A DNA stretch of 64,000 nt from Candidatus Bathyarchaeota archaeon (GCA_963806535.1 CAWDYC010000008.1:32001-96000), one strand, 5' to 3'; positions 10,431-19,853 are shown, numbered from the stretch's first letter. The notes: generated by a model not told the origin, from the sequence alone. Program-made: numbers and translations.

Positions 10431-10777
10431 TTTCGGACATATTATTGTATATTATGTATTGATAATCAATAATCATTAATATAAATCTTCCTAAGTGAGT
10501 AATTAAGCTACTCAAACCCGCGATGCCTGAGAACTTTCCTTTTTGAGGTGAGTCTTATTTTGGAACATATCGTCGTTTTGTGACTCATGTTTGAAACAAC
10601 ATTTGTTTATTTACAAAATGAATATTTTCTTATTAAAGAAAGGGACGGCTTTGAAGAAGGACAGCCAAGTTACCATCAGAATAAAAGATATGAATGATTG
10701 TGTAGAATCTGACATAATGACAGTTTAGACCATCTCTGAAAACTTTAAGAAAGTAAATTTGAAACCATCCCTAAAAT

Positions 10778-11488
10778 TTGGTTGATCGTGAAAAAATGTT
10801 TCGTCAAAAATTTGAACCATTAACTGAGGCATTTATTGCGGCACTTAACGAAGAAGAAGGCGTTGGGGCAACCATATCTGAGTTGTCAGAAAATGTAAAT
10901 TTGCATCGTATTCTGGTAATTGATGGTCACAGTGTTGATCGGACAGTTGAAGTCGCTAAAGATCATGGCGCAGAAATCGTTTTTCAAGATAGAAAAGGCA
11001 AGGGCGATGCATTAGCTAAAGCCGTTGAAAATATGGGCGAAAACGTAGAGTACGTTGTTATCACTGATGCCGACTTTACATATCCAGCATTCTATGTTCC
11101 AGAAATGATTGAAATACTGAAAGATTTACCAGAAGTAGGCATGGTTTGCGGAAACAGATTTAGCAAAGAGACTGAAGGAAAAGCTTTTCAGGGCAGGTTT
11201 TTGTTTGGAAACAAAATGCTGGCGTTTGCTCACAATCTTCTTAATGGCGTAGATTTACAAGATCCATTGACAGGGTTAAGGGTTATACGTGCGGATATAT
11301 TGAGAAAGTGGATAATTAAATCCAAAGGTTTTGACATAGAAGTAGAGTTAAATCATCAAGTATACAAACAAGGATTCAAAACACTCGAAGTACCGATAGA
11401 GTATCGCGAACGATTAGGCGAAAAGAAACTCAAAATGAAACATGGCGTAACGATCTTGAAAAGAATTATTTACGAAAGTTTCTATTAG
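10778..11488 (+). CDS. GT2 glycosyltransferase (DPM1-like)
   Basis: ALNEE, DGHSVDRT, GKGDA, DADFTY, FDIEVEL, RLGEKKL. Confidence 0.9.
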   Translation: MVDREKMFRQKFEPLTEAFIAALNEEEGVGATISELSENVNLHRILVIDGHSVDRTVEVAKDHGAEIVFQDRKGKGDALAKAVENMGENVEYVVITDADFTYPAFYVPEMIEILKDLPEVGMVCGNRFSKETEGKAFQGRFLFGNKMLAFAHNLLNGVDLQDPLTGLRVIRADILRKWIIKSKGFDIEVELNHQVYKQGFKTLEVPIEYRERLGEKKLKMKHGVTILKRIIYESFY

Positions 11489-11855
11489 TTATTTTTCCAA
11501 GAGACTTTGAAAGTTTTCATTTGAACTGGATTTTCTGGACAAGTTTTTAAGAAATACTCTAATAATAAGAAAAATTGAACATTAATGCCTTTCGTAAATT
11601 AGATTTGGCGCAGGTTTGGCCTGGAAGATCAAGAAGCAGAGTTTTTTTGACATCAGTGGTGCGTTGTTCATAATTAGTTGATGTGTTAGTTTTCAACATT
11701 ATGCCTTCATAGGACAGGCAACGCCGGAACAAATAATTAATTTCGCGGAAGCCTTAGCAGAAAGCGAATAAAGATATTACGGTTTTGGAAATATTACGTG
11801 TAACAGAATACGGCTATTATATATTAATACTTAATATGAAATCAAGGCGAATTGA

Positions 11856-12248
11856 ATGTTCAACACATACGAAAAAGATCTTGACTTAGATTCAGATAAA
11901 ATAGCCTCAAAGGCAAAAACGGTCCCCCAAAAACTCGAAACACCACAAACAACCGACCGATCGAAACAAAAAGATTATCCACAATTCCAGGACTCATCAA
12001 GTTCAATTAATGATTTAGACCTTTTGGCCGCTCTACAAAAAATGAAAGCAGAAGAACAAGAGCTTCTAGAACAAAAACAACGCCTACTAGCAACAGAACA
12101 AAACCTTCACAGCAAACTCATCAAAGAAATGGATAAAAAGAAAACAGCCATCAACAACCTAAAAACCGAAATTCCAGACATCATAAACAGATGCAATGAC
12201 CTATCACAAGCTCTTGGAGCGCTAGCATCTGAAACTAGCCCTACGTAG
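11856..12248 (+). CDS. coiled-coil protein, tandem paralog 1
   Basis: C-terminal ~75 aa nearly identical to the next ORF. Confidence 0.7.
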   Translation: MFNTYEKDLDLDSDKIASKAKTVPQKLETPQTTDRSKQKDYPQFQDSSSSINDLDLLAALQKMKAEEQELLEQKQRLLATEQNLHSKLIKEMDKKKTAINNLKTEIPDIINRCNDLSQALGALASETSPT

Positions 12249-12312
12249 TCAGATTTTTTGCATTTCCGGATGTCGAACTATGATGTATTAACGGACCGGA
12301 TAATTTGAGTGG

Positions 12313-12798
12313 ATGATAATGGGCAAAGAAAACGAAAATATCAACATATTCATAATAGAAGATGATTACCGAAGAAGCAAAGCAAAACAAAATGCTCACG
12401 ACGATTTATCAAGAAAACCGGAGCCAATAATACTAAATAAACAAAACCATGAATCCGTAATTCAAGAATTAGAAAAAATGCATTCAAACTTCGAAGCGGG
12501 TCAAGAGCCTGAATCGCTTCAAGAAACTGAAGTAACCAAACAAATAAACCCTTCCCAAATTGCTGATTCACCAAGTTCAATAAACGATTTAGAACTGTTG
12601 GCGTCTTTGCAGGAAATGAAAACAGAAGAACAAGAGCTTCTGAAACAAAAACAACGCTTACTATCAAGAGAGCAAGACCTTCGCAACAGACTCGTTAAAG
12701 AGTTAGACAGAAAGAAGACGACCATTAATAATCTAAAAACCGAAATTCCAGCCATCACAAACAGATGCAAAGGGCTCTCACAAGTACTCGGAGAATGA
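12313..12798 (+). CDS. coiled-coil protein, tandem paralog 2
   Basis: SSINDLELLASLQEMK..EEQELL..KQRLL...NNLKTEIP....RC..LSQ.LG. Confidence 0.7.
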   Translation: MIMGKENENINIFIIEDDYRRSKAKQNAHDDLSRKPEPIILNKQNHESVIQELEKMHSNFEAGQEPESLQETEVTKQINPSQIADSPSSINDLELLASLQEMKTEEQELLKQKQRLLSREQDLRNRLVKELDRKKTTINNLKTEIPAITNRCKGLSQVLGE

Positions 12799-13306
12799 GC
12801 AGGTAAAAGCTCAGCGCGACTAATGTTTTGATCTTCAAAAAATAATGTCTAATGGAAACAACGCCCTTACCATCCATCTTAATTTTGATATGCACAAATC
12901 ACTGGATGGCGATAAATACGAAAAGCGTTAGAAAAATCTTACGGAACAGCTGTTCCAATACCAAAATGCCTCATTAAAAAGCAAGTACAAAAAAAGAAAA
13001 TTACCTTCTAATTGCATTTTTACATAGAAAAAATTGAGGACCTTGAGTTTCGTCTAAACTGCTATTCTACTTGCCGAAACCATATACTGTGTAGGTTTTC
13101 ATATTAATTTCCCATTATTTTGTTAGGGACTGATTAAGTCTTCTAGCGCCTAAAAGCTATAAAATTTGTCATAAAAAAATTGCTTTTTGTAAATCTGGGT
13201 ACTCCTCTTTTTTTCCAAAGCTAACTCAAATTCAACTATTCAAGGATCAATTTTTTTTGTGATTTTTCTAAGTAATTTCATGAACCTTGTCTATTTTGTC
13301 TTTAAT

Positions 13307-13447
13307 TCAATCCGTTGAACGATATTTTCCGCAATACCGATAAGGACCATAAATGCAGGTTTTGCTTTCAGCCTGATAAAGACTACAAACCTTGCGGTTT
13401 GGGCAAGCGCCAAGAACATGGTTTAACATTTGCTGGGCTGATTTCAA
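13307..13447 (-). CDS. 46-aa four-Cys microprotein (below the ORF-track cutoff)
   Basis: Manual translation MKSAQQMLNHVLGACPNRKVCSLYQAESKTCIYGPYRYCGKYRSTD*; GAGG upstream of a TTG start. Confidence 0.5.
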   Translation of the reverse strand: MKSAQQMLNHVLGACPNRKVCSLYQAESKTCIYGPYRYCGKYRSTD

Positions 13448-14049
13448 AATCGCGCCTCTTAAGTCGTCCTCACTTGCATTAAACTTCGTTTGTGTTTTTA
13501 AGGCGTATTTCGATTACTGAAATATGTCAATGCCTAAACTAGAAAAAGTGCTGCTCCAAATTTCTTACCTCAACGTTTCAGGCTATTGAGAAAATATATA
13601 CAATTGTAGGCGAGACCTCTTGATTCACTAAAGCTTAAATTTGTTTTTTCCTGAAATACATTACTTAGGCAATTTAACTATGAAGACAGTGGATATCGTT
13701 GGTATTGCGGGATATTGCATAGCCATAGTTGTTTTCTTTTGCCCGAAGTCTCTTCCTTCATAAATATTCTGAACTTTGTTTTTAGAGTTCCAATCATTTT
13801 GGCTTTTATAGTCACACCTCTTAGTCCATCAATATATTCACGTTATCTTAGGCCGAAAGAAATTTCAGATAATTACCCCTTCGACCCCTTCACCTACTAT
13901 CCAAGTCAGTGTGAATAGACTTGTAAATGGAGATGTTCCTTGCATTCAAGAGTTTTTTCCGCATCTTCTTTGCCACTACAGAAACGCTAAATAAAGACAT
14001 GAACATGAACTATCAAGACGGTCGCTGAACCAGAAAAATCCATGTATTT

Positions 14050-14086
14050 GCGGTTGTAGTCTAGTTTGGTTTAGCACTTCTCTGCC
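14050..14086 (+). pseudogene. 5'-half fragment of tRNA-Gly(GCC)
   Basis: 14037-14070 matches 16090-16123 at 33/34; decays to CTGCC; no T-arm or 3' acceptor strand. Confidence 0.6.
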
Positions 14087-14227
14087 GATATTGACATTAA
14101 CTTTTTCGTGTTTTTGCCTCTCTTTTTTTTCTATTTAGGATCAGAACTAGAAAAGATGAAGTCAAGTTTCAAAATTGGGGAAACAAATCCGCAAATGTAT
14201 ACAAAGCAAATCTTAATAACAAGAAGC

Positions 14228-14249
14228 AAAACCAAAAAGCACATAAATA
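14228..14249 (+). promoter_or_regulatory. BRE/TATA-like promoter of tRNA-Gly copy 1
   Basis: AAAACCAAAAAGCACATAAATA, identical to 15997-16018. Confidence 0.6.
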
Positions 14250-14354
14250 GCTCCCGAGTCTGAAACAGCGGCGACACGACACCAGCGATTGAATAACGCC
14301 AAGACGAGAACCATAGTTTATTAAGAAGAATTTAGATTGTTGCGTTAAGCCACT

Positions 14355-14431
14355 GCGGTAATAGTACAGCTTGGTTAGTACATAGGCTTGCCAAGTCTAG
14401 GACCCGGGTTCAAATCCCGGTTACCGCACCA
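14355..14431 (+). tRNA. tRNA-Gly (GCC), copy 1, CCA encoded
   Basis: GCGGTAA/TTACCGC acceptor, TAGGC-TTGCCAA-GTCTA anticodon arm, CCGGG-TTCAAAT-CCCGG T-arm. Confidence 0.95.
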
Positions 14432-14450
14432 AACTTCCAGTTGAGTTCCT

Positions 14451-14846
14451 TTATTTCTTGTCGGCGTGGCGTCTCAAGATTTCCAAATCGCTTTTTTTAG
14501 GTTTTTTAGTGTGTTCCAAGTTTTCCAAGTCAAATTTGTCGGTGACGTCTTTGAATCTGTGACCGCATTTGATACAGTCGAATATTTTGATGGTGACGAA
14601 TCCAGCGTAGCCGTCGTGCTTCCAGTCACGATTTACGCATCCAGCGTATCCGACAAGCTGCCAACTGGGGGGTTGAATTGTGTCACAGTGGGGACATTTG
14701 ACTTCAAGGGCTTCAACGTACCGACTATATTTCTTCCGTAGATATTGTCGGTTCGTAGCTTGGTCGTTCAGGTTTTCTATCAGTTGATTACGTTTCATTG
14801 TGTCTGGTTCCTTTTTCCGCACGGCTCTGATAACTGTCCGTTTCAT
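14451..14846 (-). CDS. Zn-ribbon protein (CPHC...CIKC), basic
   Basis: 131 aa, two CxxC pairs. Confidence 0.6.
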   Translation of the reverse strand: MKRTVIRAVRKKEPDTMKRNQLIENLNDQATNRQYLRKKYSRYVEALEVKCPHCDTIQPPSWQLVGYAGCVNRDWKHDGYAGFVTIKIFDCIKCGHRFKDVTDKFDLENLEHTKKPKKSDLEILRRHADKK

Positions 14847-14913
14847 TTCGGGTGCTTAACAGCTTCGGCTTCTTTTGGTACATCTTCGCCCTCAAAGGAA
14901 AAATGACTAGTGT

Positions 14914-15099
14914 GAAGCTGTGGTTTCGCCTTTGCGTTCTGAAACAGTTTTCTTGATGTTCAAACGACTTTGAAAGTATATTGCGAAACGGCGGTATCGC
15001 TATTTTTCTAAATGACGCAACTGTGGCTTCGCAATAGACGCCTTTTTGTCGTTGCTGACATTACGAAGTAATATTCTGATAAGGAGAAACGGTGGTTTC
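14914..15099. repeat. four 14-bp imperfect palindromes, consensus GAAAC(T/G)G(T/C)GGTTTC
   Basis: Copies at 14914, 14985, 15017 and 15086 in the divergent intergenic region. Confidence 0.65.
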
Positions 15100-15170
15100 G
15101 TGATACAGTTACGGAATCCGCAACAAACCTTTTAAACCGAAATTGACTGAAATGAATCTGCGATGCAAAA

Positions 15171-15737
15171 ATGGGTGCTGATTCTGGTTCGGGAAAGGGA
15201 AAAACAGGTGAAAGCCCAAAAGCTGACGACGGAAAAATGAAATGTCTGCTTGACGGGCGAAGAAACTGTATAGTTTTCTTTAAGAAACCCGATTGGGTGG
15301 GTGCTAACTGGTTATGTATTTGTAGGAACTGTCCTAAGAAAGGCTATTCTTTGGATGCTGCAAAACAATTAGAGTGCCGTCAGCAATACGAAGAACACAA
15401 GAACCTGTATCCCTTCGATTATATGCGACCTGACATTTCTGTTGAGGATCACGTAAGAGGCTTAGGGTTTGAACCAGACTTGATTCCAGATTTAGTTCGA
15501 GAAGAAGAGGCGATTGCAACACTCGTCAAGAACCTTCATGCAATAATCGGAAGCAAATTGGGAAAAATCGACAACAAGCTTCTATTCTTCATCATCGAAC
15601 TAACCGATTTAATGGTTCGAATGCAGAAAAACGGATGTAAATTACCCGAAAACGTCATCGACTATTTGCTAAAAATGCCTGAATTTCTGTCAGAACTAGA
15701 AAAGTGTAAGAAAGATGGAACTAGACTGCAGGGCTAG
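15171..15737 (+). CDS. hypothetical protein with Cys-rich N-terminal domain
   Basis: 188 aa; C..C...CICRNCP; ends 5 bp before the att-like repeat. Confidence 0.6.
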   Translation: MGADSGSGKGKTGESPKADDGKMKCLLDGRRNCIVFFKKPDWVGANWLCICRNCPKKGYSLDAAKQLECRQQYEEHKNLYPFDYMRPDISVEDHVRGLGFEPDLIPDLVREEEAIATLVKNLHAIIGSKLGKIDNKLLFFIIELTDLMVRMQKNGCKLPENVIDYLLKMPEFLSELEKCKKDGTRLQG

Positions 15738-15996
15738 GTCTCGGTTACCGCACTTTCCTCATTTCAGATTATTCCAATTCAAACCTTTCTCAAGCACTAT
15801 AAGTCCTCTGGAAATATGTTCAGCTCTTTAAGATCTACTTTGGCAGTTCACCGAAATTCATTAACAAATGGCTTTAGGCTGACGAAAAGGAACTCAAGCA
15901 GTAAACGATGGTTAGCAACTGGCAAGAGAAGAGAAAATCACCTATACCTCTACAAGAAATAAGTCAGGTCAGCGGCAACAATAGACCCCGATTAGG

Positions 15997-16018
15997 AAAA
16001 CCAAAAAGCACATAAATA
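15997..16018 (+). promoter_or_regulatory. BRE/TATA-like promoter of tRNA-Gly copy 2
   Basis: 22-bp identity with 14228-14249. Confidence 0.6.
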
Positions 16019-16102
16019 ACAGCACAATCCATCACATCAGCGACTCGACGTCAAGGTGTGTATAACGCCAGAGGTTGTAGTTCAATAAGAATCCATGTAT
16101 GT

Positions 16103-16180
16103 GCGGTTGTAGTCTAGTTTGGTCTAGGACATCAGCCTGCCACGCTGACGACCCGGGTTCAAATCTCGGCAACCGCACCA
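16103..16180 (+). tRNA. tRNA-Gly (GCC), copy 2, CCA encoded
   Basis: GCGGTTG/CAACCGC acceptor, TCAGC-CTGCCAC-GCTGA anticodon arm, CCGGG-TTCAAAT-CTCGG T-arm. Confidence 0.95.
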
Positions 16181-16257
16181 AAAACTTCTCCAAAACTGCG
16201 TAATCTTAACTTTTGAGCATAAAACAATCAAAATTAATCAAGCACTTCAATTCAAAA

Positions 16258-17208
16258 TTACTTCATTAAGAGCTCTTTGCCTTTTTCAAAAACATACGCG
16301 AATTCAGCATAAATTCTGAGGTAATAAGCCCAATATCCTTTCCACTTTCCGTATTTCTCTGCAATCTCACATACCTCGTCATTTGTAGCTTGTTCATCTT
16401 TTCCGCCATAAATTCGGCCGACATCTAAAGCAAGCTGTGGATCCACGTTTGACAGCTCCTCCATTCGTCCCAGACCCCGTATCATTATAAAGTTGGCTGA
16501 CCAATCGCCAATACCTTTGATATCCGTTAACCAGTCATGTACCTCATCATAAGGCCCTGATCTAAGCCATTTCTCATCAACCTTAGAGAATGCTTCAGTA
16601 ACGGCTGATAGGTACTCTGCTTTTCTCTTATTTGCCACCAACACGGGCTGTTCGGCCAATGCGGCCGCCAGGTTAGACGACTCAGGAAAAGAATGATATT
16701 CAACGCCTTTGACGTCAATTTGACCGCCCACTCTATTGACAATGTTTTCTTTCATTTTATGAGCTACAGCCATAGGTATCCGTTGAGCTAGAATTGCCCA
16801 ACATGCAATTTCAAAAGGAGTCAAGAACTTTACTTGTTTATGGCCATAAAATTTTTTGACTGCGGGTTGTATGTAATGGTCTTTTTGGGCTACTGCGTAA
16901 AACTTTTTCAAGTTGTCTTGAAGGCTTAGAAAGAAACTTATCCTATCGGCAATCGACTCCTCAACTTCATCTGTAAACTTTGCTTCAGAGTAAGCCGTGA
17001 ATGCTAACTCTGGTTTTTCAATAGTTCCCTTGCCCGATACCTCAAATGCGATGGTTCTTCCATTTGCTTGTATGGCTTTTGTGAAAGTAGCGCTTTTTAC
17101 GTCTTGTTCATTTTTCATTGGACTAAAATCAGAGAGAAACTCTAATGATTTTGAGAAATCAAAGGGGGCAACAGGATTTAAGATACTCTCAAAAGAATAA
17201 AGATTCAA
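16258..17208 (-). CDS. alkA: DNA-3-methyladenine glycosylase II (AlkA family)
   Basis: FEIACWAILAQ, HhH IKGIGDWSA, W.GYWAYYL. Confidence 0.85.
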   Translation of the reverse strand: MNLYSFESILNPVAPFDFSKSLEFLSDFSPMKNEQDVKSATFTKAIQANGRTIAFEVSGKGTIEKPELAFTAYSEAKFTDEVEESIADRISFFLSLQDNLKKFYAVAQKDHYIQPAVKKFYGHKQVKFLTPFEIACWAILAQRIPMAVAHKMKENIVNRVGGQIDVKGVEYHSFPESSNLAAALAEQPVLVANKRKAEYLSAVTEAFSKVDEKWLRSGPYDEVHDWLTDIKGIGDWSANFIMIRGLGRMEELSNVDPQLALDVGRIYGGKDEQATNDEVCEIAEKYGKWKGYWAYYLRIYAEFAYVFEKGKELLMK

Positions 17209-17758
17209 GAAAAAACACCTAATTTAGTGTTATTAAAACCGATATTTTAAAGAATCGCATGATAGACGCAAAGCTGTTCAGGTTTGCAACTCGGCAGCCG
17301 CATCAAAATCCTTTTTCAACCTTCATTTATTTAAGCCGTATAAGGATTGAATCTAATCATAAAGTCTGATTTATGAAGGATATTAAGTCAAAACCGCAAA
17401 AACTCCGCTAAAACTAAACTTGACAAACTTTGTTAAGTTGGTTTGGAAAATTCTTTCCAAAGTTGACAATTAACGTTAATGAGTATTTCAAAAAGCTATA
17501 AAACAGATTAAGTGACCTATGCAAATTATGAAATTGCACGCGAAAATAGAAAGAGTGAAAATATACAACTTGGCGAAAAAACATTTGGTAGCTATTCATA
17601 GAAATTCAAAAAACCACTACGCTATGCCTTATTGTCACCTTCATATACATTTTTTAAAATTTGTTCTCCATACAATTTTCTCATAAGGTGAAGAGAAAAT
17701 TTTCCATGAAGCTATTACGAAAGGACGTTTTGTAGGACGTTCGATTCTATTTCAAGAA

Positions 17759-18460
17759 ATGAAAAATAACTACTCAGCGCAGCTAATAATTGCGGCGTTA
17801 AATGAAGCACCCGGAATAGGTCTCACAATAACAGAGATGAAAACCATTCTCGATGACATACCAGTTTTGGTAGTTGATGGCAAAAGCAGTGATCGCACAG
17901 TCGAGATAGCTAAAAGTTTAGGCGCAAACGTTGTTTGCCAAGATGGTTTTGGCAAAGGAGACGCCCTATCTAAGGCTCTTGAATATTTGGATCTGAATTT
18001 AGATTATATCATTCTAACTGACGCAGACTATACTTATCCTGCCGAACACGTTCCAGCTATGATAAGTTTACTTGAAGAAAACCCGCTTGTAGGTATGGTT
18101 TGCGGAAACAGGCTCGGCGGCATTATTGACAAAGAAGCTTTGCACACCATTTTTCACACTGGCAACAAGCTGCTTGCTTTTGTATATAACATGTTGAGTG
18201 GATCGTCGCTTCAAGATCCTTTGACTGGATTGCGAGTGATACGCGCCGAAATCTTGAGAGATTGGATTCCAAGATCAAAAGGCTTTGATATTGAAGTCGA
18301 ACTAAATCATTTAGTAGAGAAGCGTGGATTCGAAATTCGAGAAATACCAATTTACTATAGAACAAGGTTGGGCGAGAAGAAACTAAAAATTAGTCATGGA
18401 ACTAGTATATTGAAAAGGATATTGTTAGAAACCGCTCTAATCAAAAGTATTGAAAGGTAA
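17759..18460 (+). CDS. GT2 glycosyltransferase, paralog of 10778-11488
   Basis: DADYTYP, GMVCGNR, LQDPLTGLRVIRA shared with 10778-11488. Confidence 0.9.
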   Translation: MKNNYSAQLIIAALNEAPGIGLTITEMKTILDDIPVLVVDGKSSDRTVEIAKSLGANVVCQDGFGKGDALSKALEYLDLNLDYIILTDADYTYPAEHVPAMISLLEENPLVGMVCGNRLGGIIDKEALHTIFHTGNKLLAFVYNMLSGSSLQDPLTGLRVIRAEILRDWIPRSKGFDIEVELNHLVEKRGFEIREIPIYYRTRLGEKKLKISHGTSILKRILLETALIKSIER

Positions 18461-18519
18461 CATAATTCTATTTGCAGCCATGGTCTCAATAAACTCTGTT
18501 TTGAAAACTATCAAACGTA

Positions 18520-18813
18520 TCAAAATTTCTTCATCTTAAGACTTGTCAGGTAATAAATCCTGCACAATTTCCTCATTACCCACCCAACTTGCACCACAAT
18601 TAGGACACTTGTCAAGTTTTTCATTGTAAACTGTTCCGCAGTACGAACAACGAATTTTCGGGCTCCTCCCTCAATCTTCATTTCCACTGAACCGTCTTTT
18701 AGCATCAAATCAATGTTTTCAGCGTTTGCCCACTCTTTGAGTGCCACAGTTGCTTTCCATCGCGTATTGCCGTTTTCATCTGTATACTGAGTGAAACCTC
18801 TTTCTTCCAGCAT
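18520..18813 (-). CDS. hypothetical protein; Zn-ribbon C-terminus (CPNCG) in a shifted frame
   Basis: 97-aa ORF, probable frameshift. Confidence 0.45.
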   Translation of the reverse strand: MLEERGFTQYTDENGNTRWKATVALKEWANAENIDLMLKDGSVEMKIEGGARKFVVRTAEQFTMKNLTSVLIVVQVGWVMRKLCRIYYLTSLKMKKF

Positions 18814-18822
18814 TTTTTGGCG

Positions 18823-19068
18823 TTAAATGGAAGTTGCATTTTGAAAAGCATTCAGAATTGCTGGTTGATTGGTTGTTGGCGGTTTAGGATGCTTCTTTGT
18901 TTGGTGAGAGCTGTAAATTGTCCACGCTGCAAATACGGCTACAAAGAAGCCTCCAATCACGAAGGGCCAAAGATCATAATAAGAATATACAACGGACAAT
19001 CGGATGGCAAGAATTAGCAATAGAACGCCGACATAAGTGTAAATCTCGTTTTTGATTTTTGAACTCAT
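18823..19068 (-). CDS. small two-TM membrane protein
   Basis: 81 aa, two hydrophobic helices. Confidence 0.55.
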   Translation of the reverse strand: MSSKIKNEIYTYVGVLLLILAIRLSVVYSYYDLWPFVIGGFFVAVFAAWTIYSSHQTKKHPKPPTTNQPAILNAFQNATSI

Positions 19069-19456
19069 TATTTCACCAGTAAAGACATGAAAGCAAATGT
19101 AAACATGAATTCTGTTAAGAATCTCAGAACGTTGTTGCTCTCTCGAAAACCAGCAAGTTGAGATATCCCATCAACACCATCGGAACCATCAGCAATACGA
19201 CAGCATTCGCTGGAATGTGTACTTGAAAAAGAGCCATCCAAATAAGCCCAAAAAAACCCATTAATAATCTTGTACATCTGGAACACAAAGGACTTCTGTA
19301 CCCAAAGAAAGTGAAGCTTCTTTCTGGTCTTCTATGACAGAATGCTAAGCCAAGCTTTGTTTCTCTAACGTTGATGAACATAATAGGACCAGCATTTGCA
19401 TCCCATTTGAATTCAAAAAACTTTTTCCTGACTGAGGACGACCGAACCCCAATCAA
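19068..19456 (-). CDS. DUF2085-like Zn-binding membrane protein, frameshifted
   Basis: CHRRPERSF...PLCSRCT; DG.SQL.G.RESNN.LRFLT in a second frame. Confidence 0.75.
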
Positions 19457-19583
19457 AACGAAGTCATCTTCAGTATGAGCAATAAACTTCTAAATCTTAA
19501 CTCTATCGGGATCAAGAATTTGGAGCACTCTTGGAGGGAAGACAAAAATTTAGATTGATTTGATGCGAAGAAATTGTCTTGGC

Positions 19584-19853
19584 TTATTGTTTTGCCCCAT
19601 CGCCTATACGAATAGCTTTTTGTTTTAAATCATCTGTTGCGTAGAGTTCAATTTTACCGCAATTTGGACAAACAAAAACATACATGGGAACCATTGTTTC
19701 GCCAACTTCCGCCCATTCTCCGAAAAGCAGCTTCATTCCGCCGCTCGTTCCACCAACTCTGAAATTTGCCGTATAAACATATTGAGCATTTTGCCCACAG
19801 AAAGTGCATTTTCTAATGTTTGCGCTCATTTGGTTCGCCTGTATTAATATCAT
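19584..19853 (-). CDS. small Zn-ribbon protein
   Basis: CTFCG...CPNCGKIELY. Confidence 0.7.
   Translation of the reverse strand: MILIQANQMSANIRKCTFCGQNAQYVYTANFRVGGTSGGMKLLFGEWAEVGETMVPMYVFVCPNCGKIELYATDDLKQKAIRIGDGAKQ

Larger units (their letters stand above)
14418..15753. mobile_element. putative 1.3-kb element integrated at the tRNA-Gly 3' end; no integrase
   Basis: Direct repeat CGGTTACCGCAC at 14418-14429 (tRNA 3' end) and 15742-15753. Confidence 0.55.

Noticed and set aside
17415-17600. AAGTTGACAAT..ACGT similarity between about 17460 and 29050
   Set aside because: Too short and AT-rich to distinguish from chance.
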